This document shows positions 1-13,560 of a stretch of DNA of 28,306 nucleotides, piece after piece. Position numbers and translations under genes: made by a program. Source of the stretch: Priapulus caudatus (lineage: Eukaryota); assembly GCF_000485595.1 (NCBI RefSeq), contig NW_014577068.1, positions 308,626-336,931 on the forward strand, given 5' to 3'. How positions within the stretch are numbered: position 1 is the first letter of the stretch; each line of letters starts with the position of its first letter. The notes beneath the pieces are model-generated. The model saw only the letters and a list, made by a program, of their open reading frames with translations. It was not told where the DNA came from and searched no databases.

Positions 1-2179
<2,179 letters not shown>

Positions 2180-2735
2180 TTATAACTTCACAATTTATCT
2201 TATTAGCTGAAAAACAAAAAATGAAAACTGTATACAGGGTTCTCCCCAGAAATTTCAGTAGGCTTGCTGTGTATATTCTATATCTATGTTCTGAGTGCAC
2301 TCTAGACTGGCTTGCAACCGACATCTCCACTCACGAGGCACACACATTGCTACGGTACATTTGCAGTCTAGATACAATAATGTAAACCAACAAGAGTAGG
2401 GTTACAACGCGAGCCTATTCTTTTCTTTGGAGGAGCCCCTAAGAGATTCACTCAGGGCGGTTTTATGGTGCGTTTTTCGAGACTAGAACTTTCAAACTGG
2501 GTTTATTATAAACACGAACCTTTCTCCCAGTGTTCGAAATTCACGTCAGCCCGTCGGCCCACCACCGACAGTTTCGATGCCGGGCCTACAGCTTCTTGAT
2601 AAAACAGGCCCGCTGATCCTACAGCTATTTGATCACCGCGCAGGCTGTCTTTATAGTGCAAACGTATATTTTAGTTTGTTTCAGTACACTGTGGTGGCAG
2701 CTCGCGCAATTTCGCCGGTTTTAAGAATACGAAAG

Positions 2736-2857
2736 CTTCCGATCGGCGCAATATTATATTAAGATTGCCGCCGCACGTTTAAGCCTGCGATCGGTTGCTT
2801 GGCTCCGTAAGAATGCGCAGCGCAATCTTATATAAGATTATGCGCGAGATCGGAAGA
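2736..2857. repeat. Imperfect inverted repeat, possibly a small palindromic MITE remnant
   Basis: CTTCCGATCGGCGCAATATTATATTAAGATTGC (2736-2768) matches the reverse complement of CGCAATCTTATATAAGATTATGCGCGAGATCGGAAG (~2821-2857). Confidence 0.55.
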
Positions 2858-3124
2858 TTGCGCGTAACTATAAGTTATGCGTTAAACGGGATAAACATAA
2901 TATAATGTGAATAGGTGAGTGTATGTAAATTGTGCCATTTTCGCGCACATTTTTATTTATATCCCGGCTGCTACGCACATAGCCAAATCACTTCTATGTA
3001 GCCCACATATCGACACACAGGCACGACCAATCACGAACGCGCGTAACTGCAAAACAGGTCTTAATCCGACGGCTACTATCGTAAATATATTATACCTAGA
3101 CTAAAACTATCAATATTGTTAGTC

Positions 3125-3269
3125 TAGGGCTGTAGCTAGCGGAGGGAGGGGGCAGTTGCCGCTGACACACGTATATATACATCTCATGGTCAATATAGCG
3201 CTCCTTTTCCAGAACACGATATACACGTGGCTTAGCCCCCGGGCAAAATGGATAGCTACGCTCCCCTAT
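3125..3269. mobile_element. Degenerate short MITE with hAT-like termini
   Basis: TAGGGCTGTAGCTA ... TAGCTACGCTCCCCTA form imperfect TIRs; no clean TSD visible. Confidence 0.4.
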
Positions 3270-3422
3270 AGCCTATAGTTGTACCGTATAGAACAGCATT
3301 ACACCCGAATCACTCCGAAGCACTGAAAACACCCTGAATCATTCAGCCAGGTGAACGCAAAACATGCCTACCGTCGATTTCTACTCCGGGGTTTTGTAAT
3401 CTCTACTGGTTGCAACGACGAT

Positions 3423-3483
3423 AAGAAGAAGAAGAAGAAGAAGGAAGGAAGGAAGAAGAAGAAGAAGAAGAAAGAAGAAAGAA
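3423..3483. repeat. (AAG)n/(GGAA)n microsatellite
   Basis: Directly visible simple repeat. Confidence 0.9.
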
Positions 3484-3588
3484 TCATCAGCATACAGTAT
3501 ACAGCCGCATAGAGTATATAGGCCCTACATACGTCGAACTGCGAACAGGATCACATCTGAAGCAATCTTAGCGCGTCCAAATTATGAC

Positions 3589-3641
3589 TTATTATTATTC
3601 TTATTTTTATTAGATTATTATCATTATTATTATTATTATTA
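3589..3641. repeat. (ATT)n microsatellite
   Basis: Directly visible imperfect ATT repeat. Confidence 0.8.
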
Positions 3642-3880
3642 GAGACAGGCGCGAGAGATAGCTGACACCAAAACACGGGATGCGCGTTGTTATGGGAGCC
3701 AACAGCGCATTGCTCGATCGTGGGGCCATCCGTTTGCAGGATAACAATCGCGCGCCTCTACTCCGAGACGGACCCCCCCCCCCCCTCACTGATGCCAGCC
3801 AGCTAGCTAGCTAGGTAAAGATGCCGAGAAGCCAGGAAGCAAAGTAATCGTCACCCAGCCTTGTTCATCTCAGCATTAGA

Positions 3881-3890
3881 NNNNNNNNNN
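3881..3890. other. Assembly gap
   Basis: Run of N. Confidence 0.99.
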
Positions 3891-4634
3891 CAGCTATTTG
3901 ATCACCACAAATTCGAAACACTGAGAAACCGTTACCTGTAGAAAATCTGTTCATGAATGCATATTAACTTCCAGAGTATTTATTTGAAAACTAATCCGTG
4001 ATAAAACCAAGACATACATGTAAACAATGCGTTCGCCCACTGCATATTCGCGCAGCCCGATTGTAAATGAGAAGAGCGATAGCCTGGAACCCTGTTCCAA
4101 GCTGCGCACCAACAGTGTTAGTAAACTAAAGGACAAGTTGCCAGTCGAGTGCGGAATTAGCTGCGAGTAACATGAAATCGTTTCTTATTGGTGGGTGACC
4201 TTGGTCTGGTCTGAGCAAGTGTCTCAGATTTCGACCAATCGACAGGACTGTAAGCTCGACACATGGTTAGACTGGTGTACGTATGATGGCTCACCTCGCA
4301 ATGTTATGAAACGCTACTACGTTGCTACCGATGTGTACCAGACTACCAGTCTGTCTCTCTGCTGTCAAAGTGGAGAGTCGTAGTTACCAGGAGGTATACA
4401 TATAACAACGCTGATGTGCGTTTCCTTAATTGTGAGCCCCGGCAAAGAAGCATAAACAGTCATCCGACGAGAGGAAGGAACAAGAGCCGCAGAGCGTCTG
4501 GGCTCATCTGAGGTCTGTTGCTACGATTATAAACGTAAAATTTCAGTCGTGGTAGTACCACATTTGTTAGGCGCAGATATGCAGACACGCAGTTGCGTAC
4601 ACATCATTGTTAGGACACGCCCACTATCGCAGAT

Positions 4635-4711
4635 GGAGGGTGGGAGGGTGGGGGAAGGGGCGGGGGGGATGGGGTGGGGGAGGGGGGAGAGGGGGGAGGG
4701 TGGGGGAGGGG
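4635..4711 (+). repeat. G-rich low-complexity tract with G-quadruplex potential
   Basis: More than ten runs of 3 or more G separated by short spacers. Confidence 0.7.
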
Positions 4712-4833
4712 GCTCTAATAGCAAAAGCAGTTCACTCCTCTGTTAACAGTCAACAAATCCATGTTAACCCTCCTCTTGAGGGTCAAAAGGTTATCCGACA
4801 CTTACTCTTCGCATGTCAGCAGAAGGGACATTT

Positions 4834-7800
4834 TAGTAGAGGACCTGGCTAAGATATGTATGCACATAATTTAGGAGAGGATATCTCAATTGTTATAGGC
4901 TAATATGACCCACAGAACAACTTGGGATGTGTGCCAAAATCTCTATCCGGGGCGAACAGCCCGAAATGACCACGCCCTTTTTCATCGAAAGTGCTATTAC
5001 CGACATAGCTGTATCTTCTACCGTTGAGCTACAGATTTTCTGATATTACATGCTAAGAGTGTGAAATTGATATTTCACGAGAAAATGGCTAAAAATTATT
5101 AGGTCAACTTATTACCATACAAACAACTAACTACCTACTTACTGGAATTGCCATATATTTATAACAGTTGATATATCCTCTCTAAATTATGTGCATACTC
5201 CTCTAAGAAGTTCCCACTCCTCAATGACTGCTACATGAACGGTGGATTTGTCGTGACACCACCACAGGAACGGTAGTGGAGTGCACTTTGACCAACGGCG
5301 CTAGAGCAGCGCTACAACCGCCCTGCCAAAGTGTTTGGGGGGATAATTGGGGGGTCACCAGAAAGAAGAAAGCCGTTGCTCTGTGGGAATCATCAAGCAT
5401 AAAAAAGACCAGTACGTTGACCTCCTGAAGATGAAGGATGATATCGAAAGAGAACTCTCACTTCACCACGAGTTTAACCCGAGTAATGCAACTAAGATAG
5501 TTGGGATGGTGCAAGCCATAGAGGAGTATCTCCTGAAGGTATGCAGCCCTCTACAAGACCAGGTAGCGCTGAAGAATGTTCTCACTGGAGAAATTGTGAC
5601 CGACGTAAACGTAGACAAGTTGTTGCGCTGTATCAAGGAGGGCAGTGCTGCATGTGCTAAATTTATCGATGATCGACTCAAAAATAATCGATATCAATAC
5701 ACTCAACTATTAGCAAAATCAAGTTTAGGTCCTCTAAAGTAAGACCAGCTTGAATTTGGCTCCCAAAGCAGACATCAAAAATGAGACAATCAAAGCTCTC
5801 ATGTTTATTTAGTATGGTGTCACCGGGGTTCACTGTTGAAGAACTACTCCAGCATGAGATCACCAACTCTGCGTCTTCTTGGTTGACAAAGATGGTTACT
5901 TGAGGAAGAGTGCCAATCACAACTTGGGACTGAGCTGCTGAGGTTGTGCCCACTGATAGATAAAAAAAGGGCCAGAAACCTCCCACACACCACAGCATCG
6001 TTCTCTGGAGTTCATGGCCTTGGTGAGAAAGGTCCGTTAAAGAAGCTTGATCCGCCCGTCAAGACATTCCATGACTTTGCTATTGCCTTGACATCTATGG
6101 TCACCAAAGCTGGCACAACTGATGAGATCCAACATCGTTTTCGACGCTTACAGAAAGGACAGCATCAAGAATGGAGAGAGAGAGAGAACAGGAAGTCAAA
6201 AGAAATGGTTGTCCTTGATGCGATATCACCGAACTAAAATGTGCCAGTGGTATTAGAGAACTTTTGGCGTCTTCCATCCGCAAAACTGCTTTCCATGCAT
6301 TCTATGTTGAGTGGCTCACCACCAATTACCAAGGCACCAAACCTCTATACTTGGTATATCACCACAGGCATGATGGTGTCAGCTGGGTGTGCATCTCCAT
6401 TTCCTGGCTCAACTGCACACATGAGGAAGCTGATGACAGGATGATGTTCCATGTGCAGGACATTCTAAGTCACCGGTTCAGGAGCTACATCCATGATGCT
6501 GTCATCAGGTGACACAGATGTCTTTGTGTGCCTGTTATACCACATCACAGTCAATTGGAGAGATCTTGGCTCCAAGACCTGTCTCATCCGCCAACTCAGG
6601 AGTGAAAAGATCAATATTACCACTCCACGATATCTGCATAGCGCTGGAGACGAGCTGTCTAAGTGTCTCCAGCACTCATGCGCTGACTGGGTGCGATACA
6701 ACCAGCAAAGTATCAACAAAACTTTCAGCCTGAACGCTGTCTGCAACCGGAAAATTTCTCTCTGATCCTGAATTTCGACTGTCCACAGCTAACAGAAAGC
6801 GCAATACAAATGGCGGAAACATCTTGGTACAAATGGTCTCAAACCATCAAAACCCCCCCAGACCTGAAGACAGTTTGAGCGGCCGTGAGTCTTCGCTGCA
6901 TTTGATAAGCAAATGCCCGTCAAGATGGACTTGAGAGAAAAGTCCACTTGCACCTCACTAATGCGAAGCAGACATTATCCATGGTATAGAGCCTATCACC
7001 AGCAGCAGTCTGTGGTCCAAGCCCATTTAGAGATCTCACTTTTGATTATAGAAATGCGAGTCCTTGTGTTTTGGAAGAAGCGGGCAGTTTATTAAGTCCG
7101 ACTGCAGATTTGTCATCTCAAAAACCGCGATGCCTGCCAAGATCATGCGTGCGGCAAGTGGTGCTTCGCAAGAATGGGGTCCCTGCAGCGTAGCTGAGGA
7201 ATTCAATGTTGGCAAGCTACTGCAAATGCAAGGGAGAGTTGATTTTGTAAAAACCGCTATCACTGTGAAAAAGAAAAAAAATAAAAAAAAAAAAGAAAAA
7301 AACTGCTCATCATCCTCTTGACGTGGACCCTGTTGGTGTTAGCTCTTCGTGTTTCCTGACCCTGGTTTACGTGACACATAAAACGATACCGATACTAATT
7401 GGTGTTAAAAGTTGTATTTGTTGGCTGTTGGGCAATTTCCCTGCTGATCTTTGTAAACATTTAAGCTCTCTATAGAAGACACAAATGTTCTAAATTTGAT
7501 GCTAGTCTGGAAAGTTTAAGTTAGATAAATATATGGCAATTCCGATATGTAGGTAGTTAGTTTTGTATGGTTAATAAGTTTGACCTTGGCCATTTTCTCG
7601 TGAAATATTCCAATTTTCTATGACACCTAGACATGTAGTGGCCATTTCCGAACAATTTTGAGCACATCTCAAAATAATCTGTAGCTGCCATCGGTTTAGA
7701 CAGATACACTATGTCGATAGTTAGCACAAAATTGCCGATGAAAAGGGGCTGGTCATTTTTAAAAGGGCGTGGTCATTTTTAGCTGTTCGCCCGGAATAGC

Positions 7801-7912
7801 TATTTTTGGGCACACATCCAAAGTTGTTCCTTGGAGGTCATATTAGCCTATAACAATTGAGATATCCTGCTCCTAAATTATGTGCATACTATCTTAGCCA
7901 GGTCCTGGACTA
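4834..7912 (+). mobile_element. Decayed, internally deleted Academ (AcademX-type) DNA transposon
   Basis: 5'-TAG...CTA-3' termini. Left end TAGTAGAGGACCTGGCTAAGATA; right end reverse-complements to TAGTCCAGGACCTGGCTAAGATA. TIRs align over ~4834-5165 and ~7520-7912. 3-bp TSD TTT (4831-4833, 7913-7915). Internal coding remnants carry transposase-like, XPG-like and Cys-rich segments, the architecture described for Academ. Confidence 0.85.
5235..7260 (+). pseudogene. Frameshifted Academ transposase / XPG-like nuclease / Cys-finger polyprotein remnant
   Basis: Motifs in shifting frames, in the expected order: GGFVV..GVHFDQ/ALEQRYNRPAKVFGGIIG, HHEF..LKNVLTGEIV, HEEADDRMMFHV, SGDTDVFV, HALTGCDTTS, YRAYHQ, then a degenerate Cys cluster near 7100-7240. 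Many frameshifts and stops; the N-terminal part is absent. Confidence 0.8.
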
Positions 7913-8029
7913 TTTCATGCGTCCTTTCAATTAAAGCCATAAAAATGCTAGGTCACACGCTGAAACAATAAAAGTTTTTCAATCGCTCCCGCAGAGCATG
8001 TCTCCTCAGATAATGTCCTAAAATTGCCC

Positions 8030-8441
8030 TGTGCACACATGACCTTTGACCTGCTGACCTCAATTTCGGCAGCAGTTGATGGTGGTTTTCCACCATGATG
8101 CTATACACCGACTACTCACGAAGCCTAGGTTCGAGCCGTTTAGATTTGTGCCGCAATTCTGCATTTCCTCCCTATTACCTTAAGTTATAGGATGTGAATG
8201 TTCCCAACGCTTCTTTTACACTGCTTGACCTTTGACCTTTGACCCCCAGCTTGCGACATCCCAACTCGTTTTTGAACGACATCCCCCCCCAGACCCGAAT
8301 ATCGTGACCGTAACGTCGAGGGTAAGATTTGTGCCCCAACTGTTGACGGAACGGACGACCGACGGACACGGACGACCGGACGGAACGGACGATCATGCGA
8401 TTCTACAAGCTGCATCTGACATGTCAGATTTAGGCTAAAAA
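8030..8441 (+). mobile_element. Right-hand part of a pearl/HINE-like (Helentron-associated) element
   Basis: TGACCTTTGACC core motifs (~8040, ~8226-8245), a GACG/GGAC microsatellite (~8344-8391), then the terminal palindrome ATCTGACATGTCAGAT followed by GCTAAAAAA. Left boundary not resolved. Confidence 0.6.
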
Positions 8442-8678
8442 AGAGGGATCTATGATTATGGGACATGATTAATGACTTATAAACACAAGAGACATGATAA
8501 TACTGTAATTTGCTCCAAAATTGCTGGTTAGCAGCTTTGCTGGCGGGGGCCTGCAGCGCTTTTAGAGCTATAGAACCCTGGGCAGCGCCTATAGAGTTTT
8601 TCTGGCCAGGCAAAACACTGCTTCTCCGCTATCCTGGAACTTACTATTATCACAATACTCCAGTGTAAACGAAATATA

Positions 8679-8990
8679 ACCTGTTACAAAAATTTCGAAG
8701 CGGATGAGCGCGATATTTAAGTGCCATTTCTGTTGACCTGTGACGGTAGACGCATTCCAAGTGCGCATAAGCGTGTCGCCTAACTTTGTCCAAATCACAA
8801 TGATCATGGATGCTCTGCTGTCCAGTCATGACGTCACCAAGAGGCCAGCCATGTCAGGCCAACACAAGAAGCCGAAAAGTTACGAGGATGCTATGCGCAT
8901 TGGATGCATACGTCACAGGGGGTCAACTCAGAAATGGCGGCTCGATAATATCCGCGGCCGCTCGATTGCCTTCGAAATTTTGTAACAGGT
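8679..8990. mobile_element. Fold-back MITE (~310 bp) with ~110-120 bp imperfect inverted arms
   Basis: ACCTGTTACAAAAATTTCGAAG...GCCATTTCTG..TTGACC..TGTGACG..GCAT.CCAA.TGCGCATA on the left matches the reverse complement of ~8875-8990, which ends TTCGAAATTTTGTAACAGGT. Superfamily not assignable. Confidence 0.75.
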
Positions 8991-9669
8991 GTTAACATAA
9001 GCAGGCGTCGCAGCTCACCAATCGGCGCAGAAACAGAACCAAGCTCAACAGGAATAAAAACTGGGACACACTAAACTGAAACCACGATGTTCGAAGATCG
9101 GGAGGGGCAATGTGATGAGTACCGCCTATGCCGACTGTGGCCTTGCCAATGAGACCGTGGACCAGCAAGTTATTACATTGCTGCACGACTCACAGGGTTA
9201 TATTAGGCAGGAAAGATGACTGACGACGATCGATCTGGGGGTATTGAAGACCAACACCAACCAAGCCAATCGACAATTCATTCACCCCTTTATGAGGGAA
9301 ACACAGGAATCATACCACCAGAGATGGATGCCACCATCAAACAGGCCCTCTCCAGTATCCTGTCTGAGTCCATCCCAGTAAATCTTAGCCATAGACACTC
9401 CGTTTTTACAAATTTAAAAAACAAAACACCAATTATATATGAGGAAACATGGTAGTAACGAGATACAAAGAGGGGCATAATTGTGACACATGACCTCGTG
9501 AAGCAGGAAGGATAAACGAATAACAACAAACAACAAACAACAACAAAGGTTATATTAGTTAAGGAAAGCTCGCATTGGTAACCCTACTCCTTGTTAGGTT
9601 ACATATTGCTTCTAATTCTGCAGTCATGATGACCAACCAAATTCAATCAGCACATCGATTGTTTGATCT

Positions 9670-9713
9670 CATAGATATATACAAACACATGTGTGTGTTT
9701 GTATATATCTATG
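9670..9713. mobile_element. 44-bp hairpin micro-MITE with 4-bp TSD
   Basis: Perfect 20-bp inverted repeat CATAGATATATACAAACACA / TGTGTTTGTATATATCTATG with a 4-nt loop, flanked by ATCT (9666-9669, 9714-9717). Confidence 0.7.
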
Positions 9714-10344
9714 ATCTCAGATAGAGAAGAAGAGTGCGCGAGAGACGGAGAATAGAGAGCAGGTGAAGTGAGAGAAGAGGAGGGCGGAGAATGGGACTTA
9801 ACCTTACGGTGGTGTGTCGGTGTGTATTAACTGTTGTGGATTTTACGCATCTTTTGATAATTACTCACTCTCGTCAACATATTAGGGCCTACAGCAGGCT
9901 AGTATCATGGTTCTGAGATGACCGCTATACACGCACTGGATCCTGGGTATGGAATCGATAAAATAAACTTGTGCGTGAGCAATATTAACTATTCATCCAT
10001 TAACAACTACATTTGTAATTGACATTTGCAAACATAAATGAATAAAACTTATTATTACTCATATGGTTTCCCTATTGTACCAACAGCCATTATAGTTCAT
10101 GCACTTATGTCATACACACTATGATTTTTTTAACTTTGCCGTTTCCAACCACTGCGGGTCATATGACCCTATAGCGGGAGCTAAGGGCTACCTACAGAAG
10201 CAATCAGCATTCGACGACGGCACTGTCAAGTAGTGGCATAGCCTAAGAATGTTCTCCTGTGTGTGTTTGAGCAAGAATAAATCAAATAAATGAATAATAT
10301 GAATGAAATAATATAATTTATGAATAATTGTATGTCGCGAAATT

Positions 10345-10923
10345 CTCTTCGCGAGATTTCTGTAGTAAATTGTGTTCAGTAGACCTGTGTTTATAATTAG
10401 GAAGGAGAGCGCCCTAGCCTGAGGGGTGCAAAACTCCTATTTCATCCCCTCCCGTCCTTTCCCTTTTCTCCTTTGTTTCTCGCTCAGCTTCCTTCTTGTT
10501 CTCCAGCCCAGTTATCTTGCCTGCCGCCTGCCTTCAGTCTCACACCCCTCTCGCTCTCTCAGCAAGCAATATTATGAATTTGCATCAGTCCGTACTGCAC
10601 TCATGAAACGGTACTCGAGTATGCTCAAAATATCCCGAAAAGAAGAATATTTAGCAAAAAACTCAAAAGCATTTAAAATGAAGAAGAGGTATTTTAGCAT
10701 AGATTTAAATTATAAAAATCTATCAGTAGACTCTTCTTAAGAATAGGAAGCAGACCTTGCATGTAAGGTCCCGCCGCATATACCAGTCAGTACACAATCT
10801 GGCTACGTTAGTGTGTTAGCGCATGCGCAATATCTCATCATTTTGTGATGAATATACATTTAATATGGTTATGGGTTATTTCAGCATAGATTTCTGTAAT
10901 AAATTCTTATCAGTAGACCTGTG
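10345..10923 (-). repeat. ~535-bp repeat unit (one full unit plus the start of the next), opposite in orientation to the array right of the gap
   Basis: CAGTAGACCTGTG recurs at ~10377 and ~10911. 10841-10923 and 10375-10450 are reverse complements of 13380-13520. Confidence 0.75.
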
Positions 10924-10933
10924 NNNNNNNNNN
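10924..10933. other. Assembly gap
   Basis: Run of N. Confidence 0.99.
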
Positions 10934-11149
10934 GCAATGGCCAACATTGCCAATACGAACCCCCGCGTTCACGCCAGGACCACGGTAAGCTCGCTACGCC
11001 TGGTACAGTTAACAGTCTTCCTGCAAGATTCGGCTGAAGCAGTAGATATTGGGTAGAGTCCGTGCGAAGGGGACAAAAAAAGATGAAGTCGGGCAACAGG
11101 TGACTAGCTCCACCCATATACTGATGGCCACATACTTGCCACACGGGAG

Positions 11150-13560
11150 GCAAAGAGACAGGTAGGGAATGGTGATGACTCTAAGAAGTTATGCCAGCGC
11201 CCCAGGCTAGGCGCTAACTTTTATAGACCATAACACACTGGATCTCACTGATAAGATACTTTTTCAGCAGTAGAGTGCTATGCCTGTAGATCATCCGCCT
11301 AACATATTCAAATCATGTTATCAAAACAATCTTCCTCTGTGCTGCATTATTGCGCCGCTCTATTCAACACACTAACATGTAATGAATCAGTAGTCACACA
11401 CTGCCCCAAATGTGTCGTACTTGAGATCTGGTATGCGGGGGACCTTCGATTTATATTAAAGCAGCATCTGTGCCCAACGCTTCTTCTCATTCCTGCTTTC
11501 TTAGCACGGAAGTCGTACTGATTAGATTGTTACTATTTACAAATGCTAGAATATCCTCGTTCATTTTAAAGGCATAATTCGCAATTTTTTTTCTCGGGAT
11601 GAATATTGCGCATGGCTCCGAGCCACCGTCTTTAGCGTGCAGTAAAGGCCACGCTAACAGTCAACTCTGATTTGTTACACGATGGAAGAGATAAGCCGAT
11701 AAAAATGCGATGAAACGAGTGAGCGTGCGCGTCAGTTGTTAGACGATCTGTTATTTTTATCGGGGTATCGTTCAGAACCAACATGTGTTGATTTTGAACC
11801 GATTTATGTGACGCGCTTTTGTGGTGTGCGCCCGTGACCTCAGAAAATCGTGGTGCGATAAATATTGAAGAACTTATCGTATGGTGTGCGCGCACGCCTA
11901 CTCGCTTCATCCTTCAGCGCTTCATCGTGTTGTAAATAAATGCTGGGTGCGGTGCCTTAGGGAACATCAAAATACGTAATATTGCTTGCTGATCGAGCAC
12001 GAGAGGAGGGTGGTGAGGGCCTGCACGGTACGGACAGCGAGCAGGCAGATGAACAGGGCGATAGCATGGAATGGAGGTATACCTTGAGAGTCGTAGGACA
12101 CGGGAAGGCAAGAGACAGAGACGGAAGTGATGATGTGGACTATTATTTGAAGTTTTTTGCTACTTTCCTCACAGGCCTATGTGATTTCTCCGCTAACTAT
12201 AAACAGCACGGCTAATAAAAGCTATATAGTAGAGTTTAATTACCGCGTAAATCTACTCTTTGTAGCTACCCTAAGCGTCATATCCTCAATAATAACTAAT
12301 AAATGCTCATCTAATTACAACATCATAACGCCTATGTATATTTCTTAATTAGTCTGCGGTGTAGATATTGCCTAAGGAGCGCCTAACCAGGCCCTAATCC
12401 GTAGCCAGACTTGGTCACTGACTTGCATGGATATATGCCGGCGGGAGCTTACCTGCAAGGGTCCTGCATTTTCTATATCTTTTAAGAGAATCTCCTTGAT
12501 GCCATTTTTATGTCATACAAAATCTATGGCAGACCCACTTTCCACTCGCTTCTTCAGCTTTAAATACACTATTTTTCGCTATAAAATTATTTAAGCTCAG
12601 TAAGATATTGCCGACTCGCTAGTTTGACGCGACAATACGGATTTGTAGGCGTGAGCAGTACGCACCGATGAACATTCATGAATATTAAGCGGTAGCTCTT
12701 GAGCGATGACAAGAGTAGTCTGCGAGCTGAAAGAGATGGAAGATAATGCGCAGTACGAAGAAGCAGTAAGCTGAGCGGGCACACGGAGGCAAGCAAGCCA
12801 GGATGCAGATGATGAAAGTAGAAGTTTGCCGCCCCACAGCTAGGGCGTGCTCCAATTATATAACGCCAGGTACTACTGCATAAGAATTTCTTACAGCAAT
12901 CGTATGCTGAATATCCAATAAACGCATATTAATGCATATTCCTCTCAAAATTAATAAGCCTCTGGCGAGATATTGCGCACGCGGCTAACAACGACCGTAG
13001 CAGCTTGTGTACTCGACCTGGTAATGCCGGGCGGAAACCTCTGACATGCCAGGCCTTCTCTCCTCATTCTGAGAAGAAGACTACTGATGCGCATTTTTTA
13101 TCATACCAATCTATGCTAGCATACCGCACCTCTTGTCCTTTAAACACGTAACTATTTTCAAAAATCTTTTTTTCCTGGAGATTTGCGCCATAGCCCGAGC
13201 ACGCATTTTAAGGGTGCCGTATACGTCCTACGGACTGATCAAAATTCCTAATCTCGCTTGCTGCTTGAGAGAGCAGAGCAGGGGTGTGACGACTGACGGT
13301 GGCAGGAAGATAACTGGCGGTAGAAGAAGAAGGCAGCTGAGGCGAGGGACCACGGTCCGGGGAGCAAGAGACAGGACGGAAGGTGATGAAATATGAAGTT
13401 TTGCCGCTCACAGGCTAGGCGTTCTCCTAATATAAACACAGGTCTACTGATCAGAATTTTCTTAGCAGAATCTAGCTGAAATAACCCATAACCATATTAA
13501 ATGTATATTCATGCACAAATGAACGTGAGAATTTCGTCAGGCTTTGTGTGATTTCGCGCA
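11150..13560 (+). repeat. Tandem array of about 4 indel-rich copies of the ~535-bp unit
   Basis: Anchor 'AAGAGACAG..GATGA..GAAGTT..GC..CAGGCTAGG..ATA.AC..GGTCTACTGAT' recurs near 11152, 12109, 12790 and 13365. Copies become longer and noisier toward the gap. Confidence 0.65.

Noticed and set aside
2512..2530. Minus-strand AAAG|GTTCGT as the SRP54 5'UTR exon donor
   Set aside because: It falls within a probable transposon terminal repeat and has no transcript support.
5347..7321. Cluster of short plus-strand ORFs as independent genes or a host FEN1/XPG gene
   Set aside because: They are consecutive frameshifted pieces of one intronless transposon protein enclosed by TIRs and a TSD.
8995..9530. 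Possible LTR/gag remnant and 79-aa ORF
   Set aside because: No recognisable protein motif, paired LTR or convincing primer-binding site.
10128..10192. piggyBac-like mini element around the palindrome GGGTCATATGACCC
   Set aside because: Termini are too degenerate and there is no paired TTAA, so boundaries cannot be supported.
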